A stretch of 60,256 bases of DNA from Candidatus Micrarchaeota archaeon (GTDB taxonomy: Archaea > Micrarchaeota > Micrarchaeia > Micrarchaeales > CABMGC01): positions 1 to 60,256 of the forward strand of contig JAJZKU010000004.1 in the NCBI GenBank assembly GCA_021850705.1. Direction: 5' to 3'. A program made the position numbers and the translations under genes. Below are positions 1 to 9,363 of the stretch, in pieces. How positions within the stretch are numbered: the stretch's first letter is position 1; every line of letters starts with the position of its first letter. The notes under the pieces were generated by a model. The model worked only from the letters and a program-made list of their open reading frames with translations. It ran no database searches and was not told where the DNA came from.

Positions 1-198
1 AAAAGACTTGACAAGGCTCTGCTTCGCTTCCAGCACTGTATACTCATCATCATAGAGTATGTGCTGTAATACCCTGTAGCACCTTTTGCTGTGCTCGTGC
101 CTAGGAGTAAAGTTCTTAGGCAAAAACTGTACCGCTTCTTTTATTGCAGCTTCTATATCCTTCGCATCATACGTGACCGTGTGTGTATCTTCTGGCAT
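1..198 (-). CDS. Hypothetical protein, 5' part only (runs off the window edge)
   Basis: Manual translation MPEDTHTVTYDAKDIEAAIKEAVQF... stays open to base 1; GGTGA RBS just upstream of the ATG at 198. Confidence 0.6.
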   Translation of the reverse strand, partial: MPEDTHTVTYDAKDIEAAIKEAVQFLPKNFTPRHEHSKRCYRVLQHILYDDEYTVLEAKQSLVKSF

Positions 199-310
199 CT
201 GTTCACCCTATCCCCACTATTACATGTACTTCAAATAATATAAACCTGCTTGTGCCAAAGTGGCATTTCAGGTACACCGCTCCAAAACAGCAGAGATCAA
301 GCGATCCTGC

Positions 311-1624
311 TTAAGGTACGAGAAGGTCAGGAGTCCTTGGGAAGAGAACCGCTTCACGTATGTTCTGTATTCCCAGTATCTTCATGGTGAGCCTCTCTAT
401 GCCTATGCTGAAACCTCCATGTGGCGGAGCCCCGTATTTGAAGAATTCGCTGAACCACTTAAGGTTATCGACATTCAAACCTTTGCCCTTTGCCTGTTCT
501 ATTATCTTCTCATACCTGTGCTCCCTCTGCCCTCCGCTGCTTATCTCAAGCCCCTTGTACATGAGGTCTACGCTCCTGGCCCACTGCGGTTCATCGTCAA
601 AGCGCATGACGTAGAATGGCTTTATCGCATAAGGGAACCTGTTTACGAAGAAGAAATCAGAATTATACTTCTCTTTTACATACTTTCCAAGGGCAGCTTC
701 CCCCTGCTTGTTGTAATCTTCTTCCCCTCTTTTTGGTTTGAAGCCCAGCTCCTCAAGAATGTCATAGACTCCTGGGAATTCCAGAACAGGGAAATGCTCC
801 GGTATGCGTATATCAGCTTCAAACATGGCCAGCTCCTCCTTGCATTCATCCAAAACCGTCTTCATTGCGCTCTTTACCAGCCCTTCCTCAAGCTCCATCA
901 CATCCTTCTCATTCTCTATGTACGACATCTCTGCAGCGCATGTCCTGTGCTCTGTAAGGTGCATGGGAGTATTGCTAAGCTCTGCGCGCCAGCTCGGTCC
1001 TATCTCATAGACTCGCTCGAAGCCCGCGACCATCAGAAGCTGCCTGTGCAGCTGCGGATCCTGCCTCAGATATGCATTCTTGCCGAAGTGCTTTAGCTGG
1101 AATACTTCCGAGCCGCCTTCCGAAGAGGCACCCATCAGGCTAGGAGTAAAGGTCTGCATGAACTTCTGCGAATAAAGATACCTCTGCATCCCTTCCATCA
1201 GCTTCGACTGCACCAGGAAGACGGCCGTGTTCTTCTGGTTCCTCAGGTCCAGAGCCCTCCAGCTCAGCCTCTTGTCAACGCTGCTCTCATTCATTCCTTC
1301 AATGTCTATGGGAGAAGGCCCGCTGGTCTTGCTGACTATCTCTATCTTAGTAGGTAAGAGCTCCTTTCCAAGCGATGTCTTTATCTCCTTGGGCACCGTT
1401 CCCTCTACAATCACAAAATCATTTGGCATGAGCTGCTCTGCGACCTTGAGCAGTTCTGGCTCCATGCTGTTCTTCAATATTGTTACCTGGGCAGACCCTG
1501 TTATATCCCTGACCCATACGAAAATGGCGCTCTTGAGATTGTTTACCTTTACTACTCTTCCGCCTACCCTCGCCCTGCTCCCATGTTCCAGCTTCATGTC
1601 CTTTATATACTCTACTCTAAGCAC
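311..1624 (-). CDS. aspS: Aspartate--tRNA ligase, archaeal (probably non-discriminating) type
   Basis: N-terminal OB fold, RALDLR, EGGSEVF, motif 2 WRAELSNTPMHLTE, EISSGGQR, motif 3 GAPPHGGFSIGIERL, FPR. Confidence 0.93.
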   Translation of the reverse strand: MLRVEYIKDMKLEHGSRARVGGRVVKVNNLKSAIFVWVRDITGSAQVTILKNSMEPELLKVAEQLMPNDFVIVEGTVPKEIKTSLGKELLPTKIEIVSKTSGPSPIDIEGMNESSVDKRLSWRALDLRNQKNTAVFLVQSKLMEGMQRYLYSQKFMQTFTPSLMGASSEGGSEVFQLKHFGKNAYLRQDPQLHRQLLMVAGFERVYEIGPSWRAELSNTPMHLTEHRTCAAEMSYIENEKDVMELEEGLVKSAMKTVLDECKEELAMFEADIRIPEHFPVLEFPGVYDILEELGFKPKRGEEDYNKQGEAALGKYVKEKYNSDFFFVNRFPYAIKPFYVMRFDDEPQWARSVDLMYKGLEISSGGQREHRYEKIIEQAKGKGLNVDNLKWFSEFFKYGAPPHGGFSIGIERLTMKILGIQNIREAVLFPRTPDLLVP

Positions 1625-1697
1625 AATATCACTCTGACGTATTGCTTTATACAGGGAATTTTATTAAAACGTTATGTATAATATTAGAGGCGATCTA

Positions 1698-1832
1698 ATG
1701 TGCAAAGTCTGTCAAACTATGATAGGATGCAGTTGCTACTGCAAGGATATATGGCGTGCAGCAGAGTACAACCATACGACTAAGAAGGAGGAGCAGTACT
1801 GCTCAAAGTGCAACCATGCAACTCCATCATGA
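1698..1832 (+). CDS. Small Cys-rich (putative zinc-binding) protein, 44 aa
   Basis: Manual translation MCKVCQTMIGCSCYCKDIWRAAEYNHTTKKEEQYCSKCNHATPS; two CxxC plus CxCxC; GAGG RBS; fills the gap before the Nudix gene. Confidence 0.6.
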   Translation: MCKVCQTMIGCSCYCKDIWRAAEYNHTTKKEEQYCSKCNHATPS

Positions 1833-1847
1833 TATGTGTAGATATTT

Positions 1848-2375
1848 ATGGAATTGAATACTCTTTCCGATTATGAGAGCGCGTATCCGCACCTGCGGAA
1901 AGTAACTCTATGCTATCTTATTGACAAAGAGGGGCTGGTTCTCATAGCAATGAAGAAGAGGGGCTTCGGCGTAGGCAAATGGAACGGAGTAGGTGGCAAG
2001 CTTGCCGAAGGAGAATCAGTCGAAGATGCATTATTGAGAGAGACAAAAGAAGAGATAGCTGTTGATCTCAAGTCATTCAGGAAGACAGGCGTGATAAGAT
2101 TCTACTTTAGCGGAGAGGAGAGTTCCAAGTTTAACCAGGAGGTGCATGTATTCATAGCCGATTCATGGGAGGGCGAACCCAGGGAAAGCGAGGAGATGAA
2201 GCCCAAGTGGGTCCATCCTAAAGACCTTCCTTTGGAAGAGATGTGGCCTGATGACAGGTACTGGCTGAAAGACGCGCTGAATGGCAATTACATCACAGCG
2301 TCCTTTCTCTTCGACGAAAATAGCAATGTCAAGGAGAGTGACATACAGATAAAACCAAAGGCGAATATAGTATGA
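1848..2375 (+). CDS. Nudix hydrolase, MTH1/8-oxo-dGTP diphosphatase-like
   Basis: [16 protein letters not shown], Nudix box [27 protein letters not shown]. Confidence 0.88.
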   Translation: MELNTLSDYESAYPHLRKVTLCYLIDKEGLVLIAMKKRGFGVGKWNGVGGKLAEGESVEDALLRETKEEIAVDLKSFRKTGVIRFYFSGEESSKFNQEVHVFIADSWEGEPRESEEMKPKWVHPKDLPLEEMWPDDRYWLKDALNGNYITASFLFDENSNVKESDIQIKPKANIV

Positions 2376-2752
2376 AACTCAACAAACTCACAAAGGAAGA
2401 GGAGAAGGTAATCGTGCACAAAGGGACAGAGCGTCCTTTCTCCGGTGAATATGATGACTTCTACGAAAAGGGCATATATGTCTGCAGGCGCTGCGAAGCT
2501 CCATTATACAAGTCAGATGACAAGTTTGATGCGCACTGCGGCTGGCCGAGCTTCGACCAGGAGATTCCAGGGGCTGTGAAAAGGTTGCCTGATCCTGATG
2601 GGAGAAGGACTGAGATAGAGTGTGCAAGATGCGGAGCGCATCTTGGCCATGTCTTTATTGGAGAAGGGCTTACTCCAAAGAATACAAGATACTGTGTAAA
2701 TTCAATCTCCATGAAGTTTATCCTTGAAGCAAAGGATAAACACAAGGCATGA
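2372..2752 (+). CDS. msrB: Peptide-methionine (R)-S-oxide reductase
   Basis: [41 protein letters not shown]. Confidence 0.95.
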   Translation: MKLNKLTKEEEKVIVHKGTERPFSGEYDDFYEKGIYVCRRCEAPLYKSDDKFDAHCGWPSFDQEIPGAVKRLPDPDGRRTEIECARCGAHLGHVFIGEGLTPKNTRYCVNSISMKFILEAKDKHKA

Positions 2753-2866
2753 TTGGCAAAATGCAGTTATGTCCACTGCATTGATTTAAATAGATACTCT
2801 ACAAATTATGCAGTATCTTATTTCACCAATCGCTTACTGCAAATAATGGACGTTTATGTTGATATA

Positions 2867-4375
2867 ATGGCTGGGAAGAGCGCCAATCCTGCGGCTGAGA
2901 AAAAACCTATTCACGAGAACATAATACTCGGAGTGATACTGATAGCCGTGCTCATGGCGGCAATAGACTCTACCATAGTGCTTCTCGCCTTCCCTGCGAT
3001 TGTAAGCTCGCTCCATTCGAACCTTGCAACGATAATCTGGGTAATACTAATCTACATGCTTGTCAGCGCAGTTGCAACCACGCAGTTCGGAAAGGTCGGG
3101 GACATGTTTGGCAGGAGCAGGGTGTTCATAGCCGGTTTAGTTGTATTCACAATATCATCATTTCTCTGCGGAATAGCTCCAACTGACGTACTGCTCATAG
3201 TATTCAGGGCGATACAGGGGCTAGGCGGGGCGATGATCTCGGCTACAAGCGGAGCGATAATAGCCGATACCTTCGAAAGGCAGAGGATAGGCAGGGCATT
3301 CGGCTTCACAGCAATGGCATATAATGTAGGGGCGATACTTGGCATAGTCCTTGGCGGAGTTATAACCACCTTCATAGGATGGCAGTACATATTCTTCATA
3401 AATGTGCCTATAGGCATAGTTGCATTGATTCTGGGAGTGAAGTACATAAAGGACAAGCAGATCTTCGGAGCTAAGCTTGATATAGCCGGCATGGTGACGC
3501 TGGCTGTCTCTCTTTCCCTGCTTCTTTATGGGGGGATAGGTTTTGCGTCTACAGGAACAAGTCTTATTAACATCGCATCCGTCTTTGCAGGCGTACTGCT
3601 TATTATCGCATTCTATTTCATAGAGAAGAAAGCAGAGAGCCCTACCATACCATTCGACATGTTCGACAACAAGGTATTCAGGAATTCTGTTCTTGCTGCT
3701 CTTCTCCAGGGATTGGGCTTCCTTGGAGTAGTATTCATGCTTATAATGTATATGCAGGGAGTAAGAGGCTTTACGCCATTCTATGCCTCTCTTCTTCTTG
3801 TACCTGGTTATGTAATAAGCGGGATAGTCGCTCCTTATATGGGAAGGCTATCAGACAAGCACGGCGCAAGGATAGTCGCAACTCTTGGAATAGTACTACA
3901 GCTTCTCGGAGTAGTCGTATACCTATTCATAGCGCAGAATACTACGATATACCTGATAATATTAGGTTCATTAATAATGGGCATAGGAGGAGCGATGTTC
4001 TGGCCTGCAAATAGCAGCGCCATAATGGCACATGCTGAACAGAGACGATTCGGAATCGCCTCAGGACTATCAAGGCTCTTCTCTACAATGGGCATGATGG
4101 GCAGCTTCATAGTCGTCTTTGTAGTTGCAGCATTCTCTATCCCACGTGCTCAAGCCTTTGAGATATTCGTAGGAACATCCACAATCTCAGGAAATATAGC
4201 CGGAGCCTTCATCACAGGCATGCGCTACTCATTCGTAGCGATGATAGTTATACTTGCAATAGCCGGTGCGATCTCACTTGTAAGGGGAAAAGAAGACAGA
4301 TCTGCAAGCCATAGTGCAGAACAGCCAAAGTCTAAGAATCCTGAGGATAAGAGAACGAAGTCAGGGCAGAAGTAA
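2867..4375 (+). CDS. MFS transporter, DHA2 (14-TM, EmrB/QacA-like)
   Basis: DSTIV, GKVGDMFGRSR motif A, FRAIQGLGG, IFFINVPIG; start moved from the track's 2753 to ATG 2867. Confidence 0.9.
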   Translation: MAGKSANPAAEKKPIHENIILGVILIAVLMAAIDSTIVLLAFPAIVSSLHSNLATIIWVILIYMLVSAVATTQFGKVGDMFGRSRVFIAGLVVFTISSFLCGIAPTDVLLIVFRAIQGLGGAMISATSGAIIADTFERQRIGRAFGFTAMAYNVGAILGIVLGGVITTFIGWQYIFFINVPIGIVALILGVKYIKDKQIFGAKLDIAGMVTLAVSLSLLLYGGIGFASTGTSLINIASVFAGVLLIIAFYFIEKKAESPTIPFDMFDNKVFRNSVLAALLQGLGFLGVVFMLIMYMQGVRGFTPFYASLLLVPGYVISGIVAPYMGRLSDKHGARIVATLGIVLQLLGVVVYLFIAQNTTIYLIILGSLIMGIGGAMFWPANSSAIMAHAEQRRFGIASGLSRLFSTMGMMGSFIVVFVVAAFSIPRAQAFEIFVGTSTISGNIAGAFITGMRYSFVAMIVILAIAGAISLVRGKEDRSASHSAEQPKSKNPEDKRTKSGQK

Positions 4376-4451
4376 ACGGGAATAAGCCAAGGACTACCTC
4401 CTTCCAACATTTCAGTATAAGGTATTTATTTCTTCTCGATAATAATAAAGC

Positions 4452-4511
4452 ATGGGAGAAGGTACTATCATACTCGGAGCAGGCTGCTTCTGGTGCACTA
4501 AACTACACTAA
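4452..4511 (+). pseudogene. 5' remnant of a msrA gene
   Basis: MGEGTIILGAGCFWCTKLH* contains the MsrA catalytic GCFWC motif and then stops. Confidence 0.7.
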
Positions 4512-4606
4512 ACTGCTGCTTTTGTCTGTGGACATAAGGCAAAAGCCATAGCCCTACTACAATATCATGGTGCTGACTCAATCTATGAATGAATCTGAGA
4601 TAGAGC

Positions 4607-5110
4607 CTACTTTTTAGTGATTATACGAAATATTTGATTCGGCGATAACGACGCATCAATAAAAATTAATCCATTTTCCTTTGCCCTTCTATCGACTGAA
4701 TTTATCCAACCAAAAACAAGTTCCTTCTGGTGCTTGGTCTTGCCGAAGTCATAAGGGCCTGTTCTGGTTTTCAGTCTTTTAGCCAACAACTTCTTGTCTG
4801 CTTTAAGGTAGTATGTTCTATCAAAGAGGTCAAGAACATCAAACTGATTATCTGCACCACCGAATAGATATAATTCACGATTATCTTTTAACAATTTCTT
4901 AAGTTTCCTTACATTCCAGCGCCATCTATGTTCGGACAGCCATTTTTTACTGGCATGTTTCATCATTCGTTTAACATGTCCTCTTTTATCGAGCCATTTA
5001 CCAAGCTCTTCGTCTCCATCAAAAGCAGTCTTGCCTTTCTTTATAAAATAAGCTGTCAGTGTAGTCTTTCCAGTGCCAGGCATGCCAATTACCAGGACGT
5101 GTTTATGCAT
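4607..5110 (-). CDS. P-loop small-molecule kinase (shikimate/nucleotide kinase-like fold)
   Basis: VLVIGMPGTGKTT, FDGD, LAKRLKTR lid, C-terminal IDASLSP. Confidence 0.75.
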   Translation of the reverse strand: MHKHVLVIGMPGTGKTTLTAYFIKKGKTAFDGDEELGKWLDKRGHVKRMMKHASKKWLSEHRWRWNVRKLKKLLKDNRELYLFGGADNQFDVLDLFDRTYYLKADKKLLAKRLKTRTGPYDFGKTKHQKELVFGWINSVDRRAKENGLIFIDASLSPNQIFRIITKK

Positions 5111-5222
5111 AGATTAAATATTTACCACACCTATATAAATACAATCTTACTTTTGACCGATTGATGCAAAAGAATAAGAGTGTTTGATGCCGATATATTA
5201 ATTGTCTTGTAATGTGGTATTG

Positions 5223-5741
5223 ATGTCTAAGTCAATAGTACTCGGTGGCGGTTGTTTTTGGTGTACTCAGGCGATATTTGATATGTTTAAGGGAGTTGTC
5301 AAGACAACGCCTGGATACGCAGGAGGGCATACCAAGAATCCGACATATGAGCAGGTGTGCAGTGGCGATACAGGGCATGCTGAAGTCATAAAGGTAGATT
5401 ACGATCCCGATGTAGCGAGTCTTGATAAGCTGCTGGAGATATTCTTCGCTGCACATGATCCGACATCGGTCAACCAACAAGGCGCAGATGTCGGCTCGCA
5501 GTATCGTTCCATAATACTATACACAGATGAGAAGGACAGGAAAGTGATAGAGGCTTACATAAAGGGCATTGCTGGCAACTTCAAGAAGCCCATTGCAACT
5601 GAGGTCAGGAAGCTGGACTCATTCTATCCATCTGAAGATTACCATAAGGACTACTACAAACTTAACCCTTTTCAGCCTTATTGCATGCTTGTCATCAGGC
5701 CTAAAATTGGAAAGATAAAGAAGGAGTTTGATCTGAAGTGA
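5223..5741 (+). CDS. msrA: Peptide-methionine (S)-S-oxide reductase
   Basis: GGGCFWC, GYAGG, PTYEQVC, GHAEV, HDPT, QGADVGSQYRS, EDYHKDYY. Confidence 0.95.
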   Translation: MSKSIVLGGGCFWCTQAIFDMFKGVVKTTPGYAGGHTKNPTYEQVCSGDTGHAEVIKVDYDPDVASLDKLLEIFFAAHDPTSVNQQGADVGSQYRSIILYTDEKDRKVIEAYIKGIAGNFKKPIATEVRKLDSFYPSEDYHKDYYKLNPFQPYCMLVIRPKIGKIKKEFDLK

Positions 5742-5748
5742 GACCTTA

Positions 5749-6069
5749 TTACTTCCTACCCATTTTTACTGAAGATACTGCATAATGTCCTGTATCGCGT
5801 ATAAGGCGTATTATACGTTTATGGTAGTTGGAAGCGAAGACGAATATGACAAAGACAATAACTGTCATTATCACTATGAGGGTAAGCCCGTAGTTCAGCC
5901 ATTTTATAACAGAGCTTATATTTGAAGAGTAAGCGTGCAATGAGACCAACGTGGCTATTGCTATAGATACGTCTGCAAAAAGCGACACGTATGCAAGCCT
6001 GTCAAGCATGCGCTTGTAGAATTCCGCCTTTTCAAGGCTTTTAAGTTTCTCCTTATTCAGGTCCACCAA
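5749..6069 (-). CDS. Hypothetical membrane protein (2 TM)
   Basis: Two hydrophobic stretches; co-oriented with neighbours. Confidence 0.6.
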   Translation of the reverse strand: MVDLNKEKLKSLEKAEFYKRMLDRLAYVSLFADVSIAIATLVSLHAYSSNISSVIKWLNYGLTLIVIMTVIVFVIFVFASNYHKRIIRLIRDTGHYAVSSVKMGRK

Positions 6070-6107
6070 TTAGATCTCCGGATAGACTTAGATGGAAACA
6101 ATTAAAA

Positions 6108-6731
6108 TCATTTTAGATGGACAAAGTCATTGAAGGTAATGAGCCGCCATCTGCCATCGGCTTGCACATCGCATTCCGTTATGCCTGTATTCTCAGTGCG
6201 CATGAACTTCACAATCCTTTCGAAGCTCTCAGGATCAAGGGAATCTCCGAAGAGACCTACTGCAAGTATCATCCTTATAAGGCCGCTGTGCGTGCACACC
6301 AGCACATGCTCCTCCTTCCTGCCTTCTATATACTTTACAACCTTTTTCCCTCTGTCTATCCTGTCGAATATATTCTCTTCGTCAGAGTAGTGCCATTTTG
6401 GGTCTCCTGAATGTTCTACCATTATCTTCTTTATCTTTAGAGAATAAGCTGAATCATGCTTCTTCCCCTCAACTTCAGATGGATTCTTGAATTCGTTCAG
6501 AAGGCTGGTATAAACAACCGGCCTGTCTATTCTTTTTGATATTATCCTTGCAGTATGCGCCGCACGCTCATACCTGCTTGAAAGTATTACATCTACATCT
6601 ACGCCAACGAATCTCTCTGCTATCGTCTCTACCTGCTTGATTCCTGTCTCAGACAGCTTGGTATCCGGTGGCTGATGTATTCCCTTTCCATTCAGCCTGC
6701 TATGACCATGCCTTACTAAGAATACCTTCAT
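6108..6731 (-). CDS. Histidine phosphatase family protein
   Basis: LVRHG, LSETG, ILSSRYERAAHTA, VLVCTHSG, NTGITE. Confidence 0.88.
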   Translation of the reverse strand: MKVFLVRHGHSRLNGKGIHQPPDTKLSETGIKQVETIAERFVGVDVDVILSSRYERAAHTARIISKRIDRPVVYTSLLNEFKNPSEVEGKKHDSAYSLKIKKIMVEHSGDPKWHYSDEENIFDRIDRGKKVVKYIEGRKEEHVLVCTHSGLIRMILAVGLFGDSLDPESFERIVKFMRTENTGITECDVQADGRWRLITFNDFVHLK

Positions 6732-6782
6732 GATAAGATCACAAGATAATAAAGTTAAAAATGCTTAATAAATGCAATGCAA

Positions 6783-7316
6783 TCAGTAGAGCTCCTTGTT
6801 CTCCAGATGTATCAGTGCCATATGCACGGCCTGCTTTGTATAATCCTTCCTTGTGACTCTGCCATTTGTCAAAAGGCCTATCGCACCCTCTGCAGATCCG
6901 ATCTTCTTATTTTCAGTAAGGCCCAGCTTGTAAAAGGCATCGTTTGCTGTTATCCCAAGCTCATTTATCATATCCGTTACCTTCTTGGGAAACTCGAAAG
7001 CGCATGAAAGGCCAAGGTTGTGCTTCTTCCCATCATATATCGAGCACGCGCAGAAATCCATGCTCCCGCTCTTTGTATGCGGCACCTTCATCAGCCCGGA
7101 TTCTATGCCTATACTGTAATCACAGTCCTTAAATGCAGCTTCAGCCCTATTCACTGCACCCTGAACGGTCTCTTCCAAGGATTTAGGCTGCTCTGAAACT
7201 CCTGTATCAACCGCAATACCCTCCACGTCTGCCTCTTTCAGTACAGGATAATCACCAAGAGCCTCCCTTACTGCCGATACCTTTACCATGTTTGTAGAAG
7301 CCACTACTATCTTCAT
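6783..7316 (-). CDS. yjjX: Inosine/xanthosine triphosphatase (YjjX family)
   Basis: VASTNMVK, GVSEQP, GAVNRA, IGIESGL, GAIGLLTNGRVTR. Confidence 0.85.
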   Translation of the reverse strand: MKIVVASTNMVKVSAVREALGDYPVLKEADVEGIAVDTGVSEQPKSLEETVQGAVNRAEAAFKDCDYSIGIESGLMKVPHTKSGSMDFCACSIYDGKKHNLGLSCAFEFPKKVTDMINELGITANDAFYKLGLTENKKIGSAEGAIGLLTNGRVTRKDYTKQAVHMALIHLENKELY

Positions 7317-7423
7317 ATAATCATCAGAATTTACAGTATTAGCGCAGATTATTATTTGTTATCATACGTCTGAAAACATACGCATATGTTTATAATGTTT
7401 GTCAGAAATTTAATACTGGTTAT

Positions 7424-8224
7424 ATGGATAAGAAACCATTCGTCATAATGGTAGCATCGCAGAAAGGCGGAGTTGGAAAGACTACAGTTGCTATAAACCT
7501 TGCAGCTGCATTGATATATCAGGATTATAAGGTCCTGCTCGTCGATACGGATGTTGACTCATTCAGTATAATGGAACATCTGGGGATACAAGGAGTGGGC
7601 AACGGATTCAAGGAGATAGTGACAGGAAAGGCTGAGATAGAGAATTCACTCTTCGTATACCAGAACATAGATCTTGCAATAATACTCGGTTCTCCTGCAG
7701 ATGAGTCAATGACCTTCAAGCCGGAGCAGCTTGTAAAATTCTATTCGCAGCTTGTAAAGCAGCCCTATGATTTCATAATACTGGATACAAAGCCAGGTAT
7801 GTTCCCAAGCGCGATAGCCAGATACCTTAATGATGTGATAATAGTGTCAACTCCTGATTCTCCATCAATCGCAAGCAGTGCAAAGCTTGCTGCGTACTGC
7901 GAGAAACTCAAAGTCTCGCGCAGGCTTGTAATCAACAGATCAGGGTACAGCAAATTTGAGATGAGCAAGGAGGACACTGAAAAGATGTTCGGAGATGTAG
8001 CTTTTGTCTCTATACCTGAAGACAAGATAGTTCCGGAAAGCCTGTCGAAACAAAAACCTGTCTATCTGATAGACAGGGGTTCGCCTTTCGCTGCTGCTAT
8101 AGACCAGATTGCAAGAGTGTATGGTCTCAAGGCAGGCGACACGGATAACAGTTCTGTAAAGGCCAAGAGGAGAGGCTTCTTCGAGAAGATCGCCTGGTGG
8201 GGCGCAAAAGACGGGAACAAATAA
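7424..8224 (+). CDS. MinD/ParA family ATPase
   Basis: Deviant Walker A QKGGVGKTT, VLLVDTD, IILDTKPG, VINR, IPED; C-terminal amphipathic GFFEKIAWW like a MinD membrane-targeting sequence. Confidence 0.85.
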   Translation: MDKKPFVIMVASQKGGVGKTTVAINLAAALIYQDYKVLLVDTDVDSFSIMEHLGIQGVGNGFKEIVTGKAEIENSLFVYQNIDLAIILGSPADESMTFKPEQLVKFYSQLVKQPYDFIILDTKPGMFPSAIARYLNDVIIVSTPDSPSIASSAKLAAYCEKLKVSRRLVINRSGYSKFEMSKEDTEKMFGDVAFVSIPEDKIVPESLSKQKPVYLIDRGSPFAAAIDQIARVYGLKAGDTDNSSVKAKRRGFFEKIAWWGAKDGNK

Positions 8225-8352
8225 TCCTTATTGCCAATAAGCGAACATTAAATGAATGACAGTAAGACTATTGCCATACTATGAACGTGGTGTAGCTGTA
8301 CATCTGATTCTGCTATTCTTAAAGTAAATCGAGAGAATACTTAACGCAGCCT

Positions 8353-9216
8353 TTAATCAGAGTTGTTTCCTCCACAGCAACCACTGTTACTATTGTTATT
8401 GTCGTCTCCGTTGCCTCCTGTTCCTTTCCAATGCTGGCTGTGAGTGCTCGCTTCATAGTCGCCATGTGAATCTGCGTTGTTATCACAGTTATCATGATGA
8501 TGATCCATGCCTTGGTTATTATTCATATGGTTGTACCACATCCAGGTATTCAACGGTGCAAATACAAAATTACCTCCCCATGTTCCTCTAAACATACTAA
8601 TATATTCGGAATAATTTCCTGTTGAATTACCTGTCCAGTTTCCAGACCACGTTGAGTTTGCAGAGCTTGTATTCCAGTTATTGTAGTTCCAGCTGCCCCA
8701 TCCCCAATAACTCCAGCCCCATCCGTATCCATGGTGCTGGGTATCATTTTCAGTTATGTTGCACTGCTGAATTGTAGTTGTTGGTGCAGTGGTTGAAAGA
8801 GAAGTGGATGATAATGTAGATGTGCTAGATGATGTGGAAGTTGATGAAGTTGAAGTAGATGTGCTTGTAGATGTTGATGAAGTTGAAGTAGACGTGCTAG
8901 TGGAAGTTGAAGTAGATGTGCTTGTCGGAACTGATGTGCTAGTAGATGTGCTTGTAGATGTTGATGAAGTTGAAGTAGACGTGCTAGTGGAAGTTGAAGT
9001 AGATGTGCTTGTCGGAACTGATGTGCTTATGGACGTAGACGTGCTTGTAGAAGAGGAAGTACTTGAAGATGTTGATGAAGTTGAAGTAGACGCTATGCTT
9101 GTCGTGCTGCTGGTACTGGTAATTCCGCTTCCAGGACTAGCATGTACTACGAATGGCAACATCATCATTGCAAAAACTGCAATACCCAGTATAATTCCAA
9201 CCTTACTAACATTCAT
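8353..9216 (-). CDS. Secreted/surface Ser/Thr-rich protein with a W/N/G/H-rich C-terminus
   Basis: Signal peptide ending VHA-S, long Ser/Thr tract, several NxS/T sequons. Confidence 0.75.
   Translation of the reverse strand: MNVSKVGIILGIAVFAMMMLPFVVHASPGSGITSTSSTTSIASTSTSSTSSSTSSSTSTSTSISTSVPTSTSTSTSTSTSTSTSSTSTSTSTSTSVPTSTSTSTSTSTSTSTSSTSTSTSTSTSSTSTSSSTSTLSSTSLSTTAPTTTIQQCNITENDTQHHGYGWGWSYWGWGSWNYNNWNTSSANSTWSGNWTGNSTGNYSEYISMFRGTWGGNFVFAPLNTWMWYNHMNNNQGMDHHHDNCDNNADSHGDYEASTHSQHWKGTGGNGDDNNNSNSGCCGGNNSD
8854..9027. repeat. 87-bp perfect tandem duplication (2 copies) in the Ser/Thr tract
   Basis: 8854-8940 matches 8941-9027 by eye. Confidence 0.8.
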
Positions 9217-9363
9217 ATCTGCACCTAATAATGTTAAGTGCTGTTGTTAAGATATTAAAACGTTGCTGTTATATTAAAGCAATCTAAAACATGCAAGGGA
9301 GATAGATAAACTATTTATTAGTTAGGTTTCTCTATATAGTCATAACAGGATCCGACGATTATC

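Noticed and set aside
260-1096. 278-aa plus-strand ORF
   Set aside because: Antisense shadow of aspS; no motifs. The same applies to most short ORFs in the track that lie opposite well-supported genes.
2753-2866. N-terminal extension of the MFS ORF
   Set aside because: Non-ATG start in an AT-rich stretch containing a TTTAAATA box; more likely promoter region
8810-9100. Short repeats as a possible CRISPR array
   Set aside because: Codon-level low-complexity repeats inside a CDS; no unique spacers and no cas genes
8789-9250. Val/Asp/Glu-rich plus-strand ORF
   Set aside because: Antisense reading of the Ser/Thr repeat; the minus-strand ORF has the signal peptide
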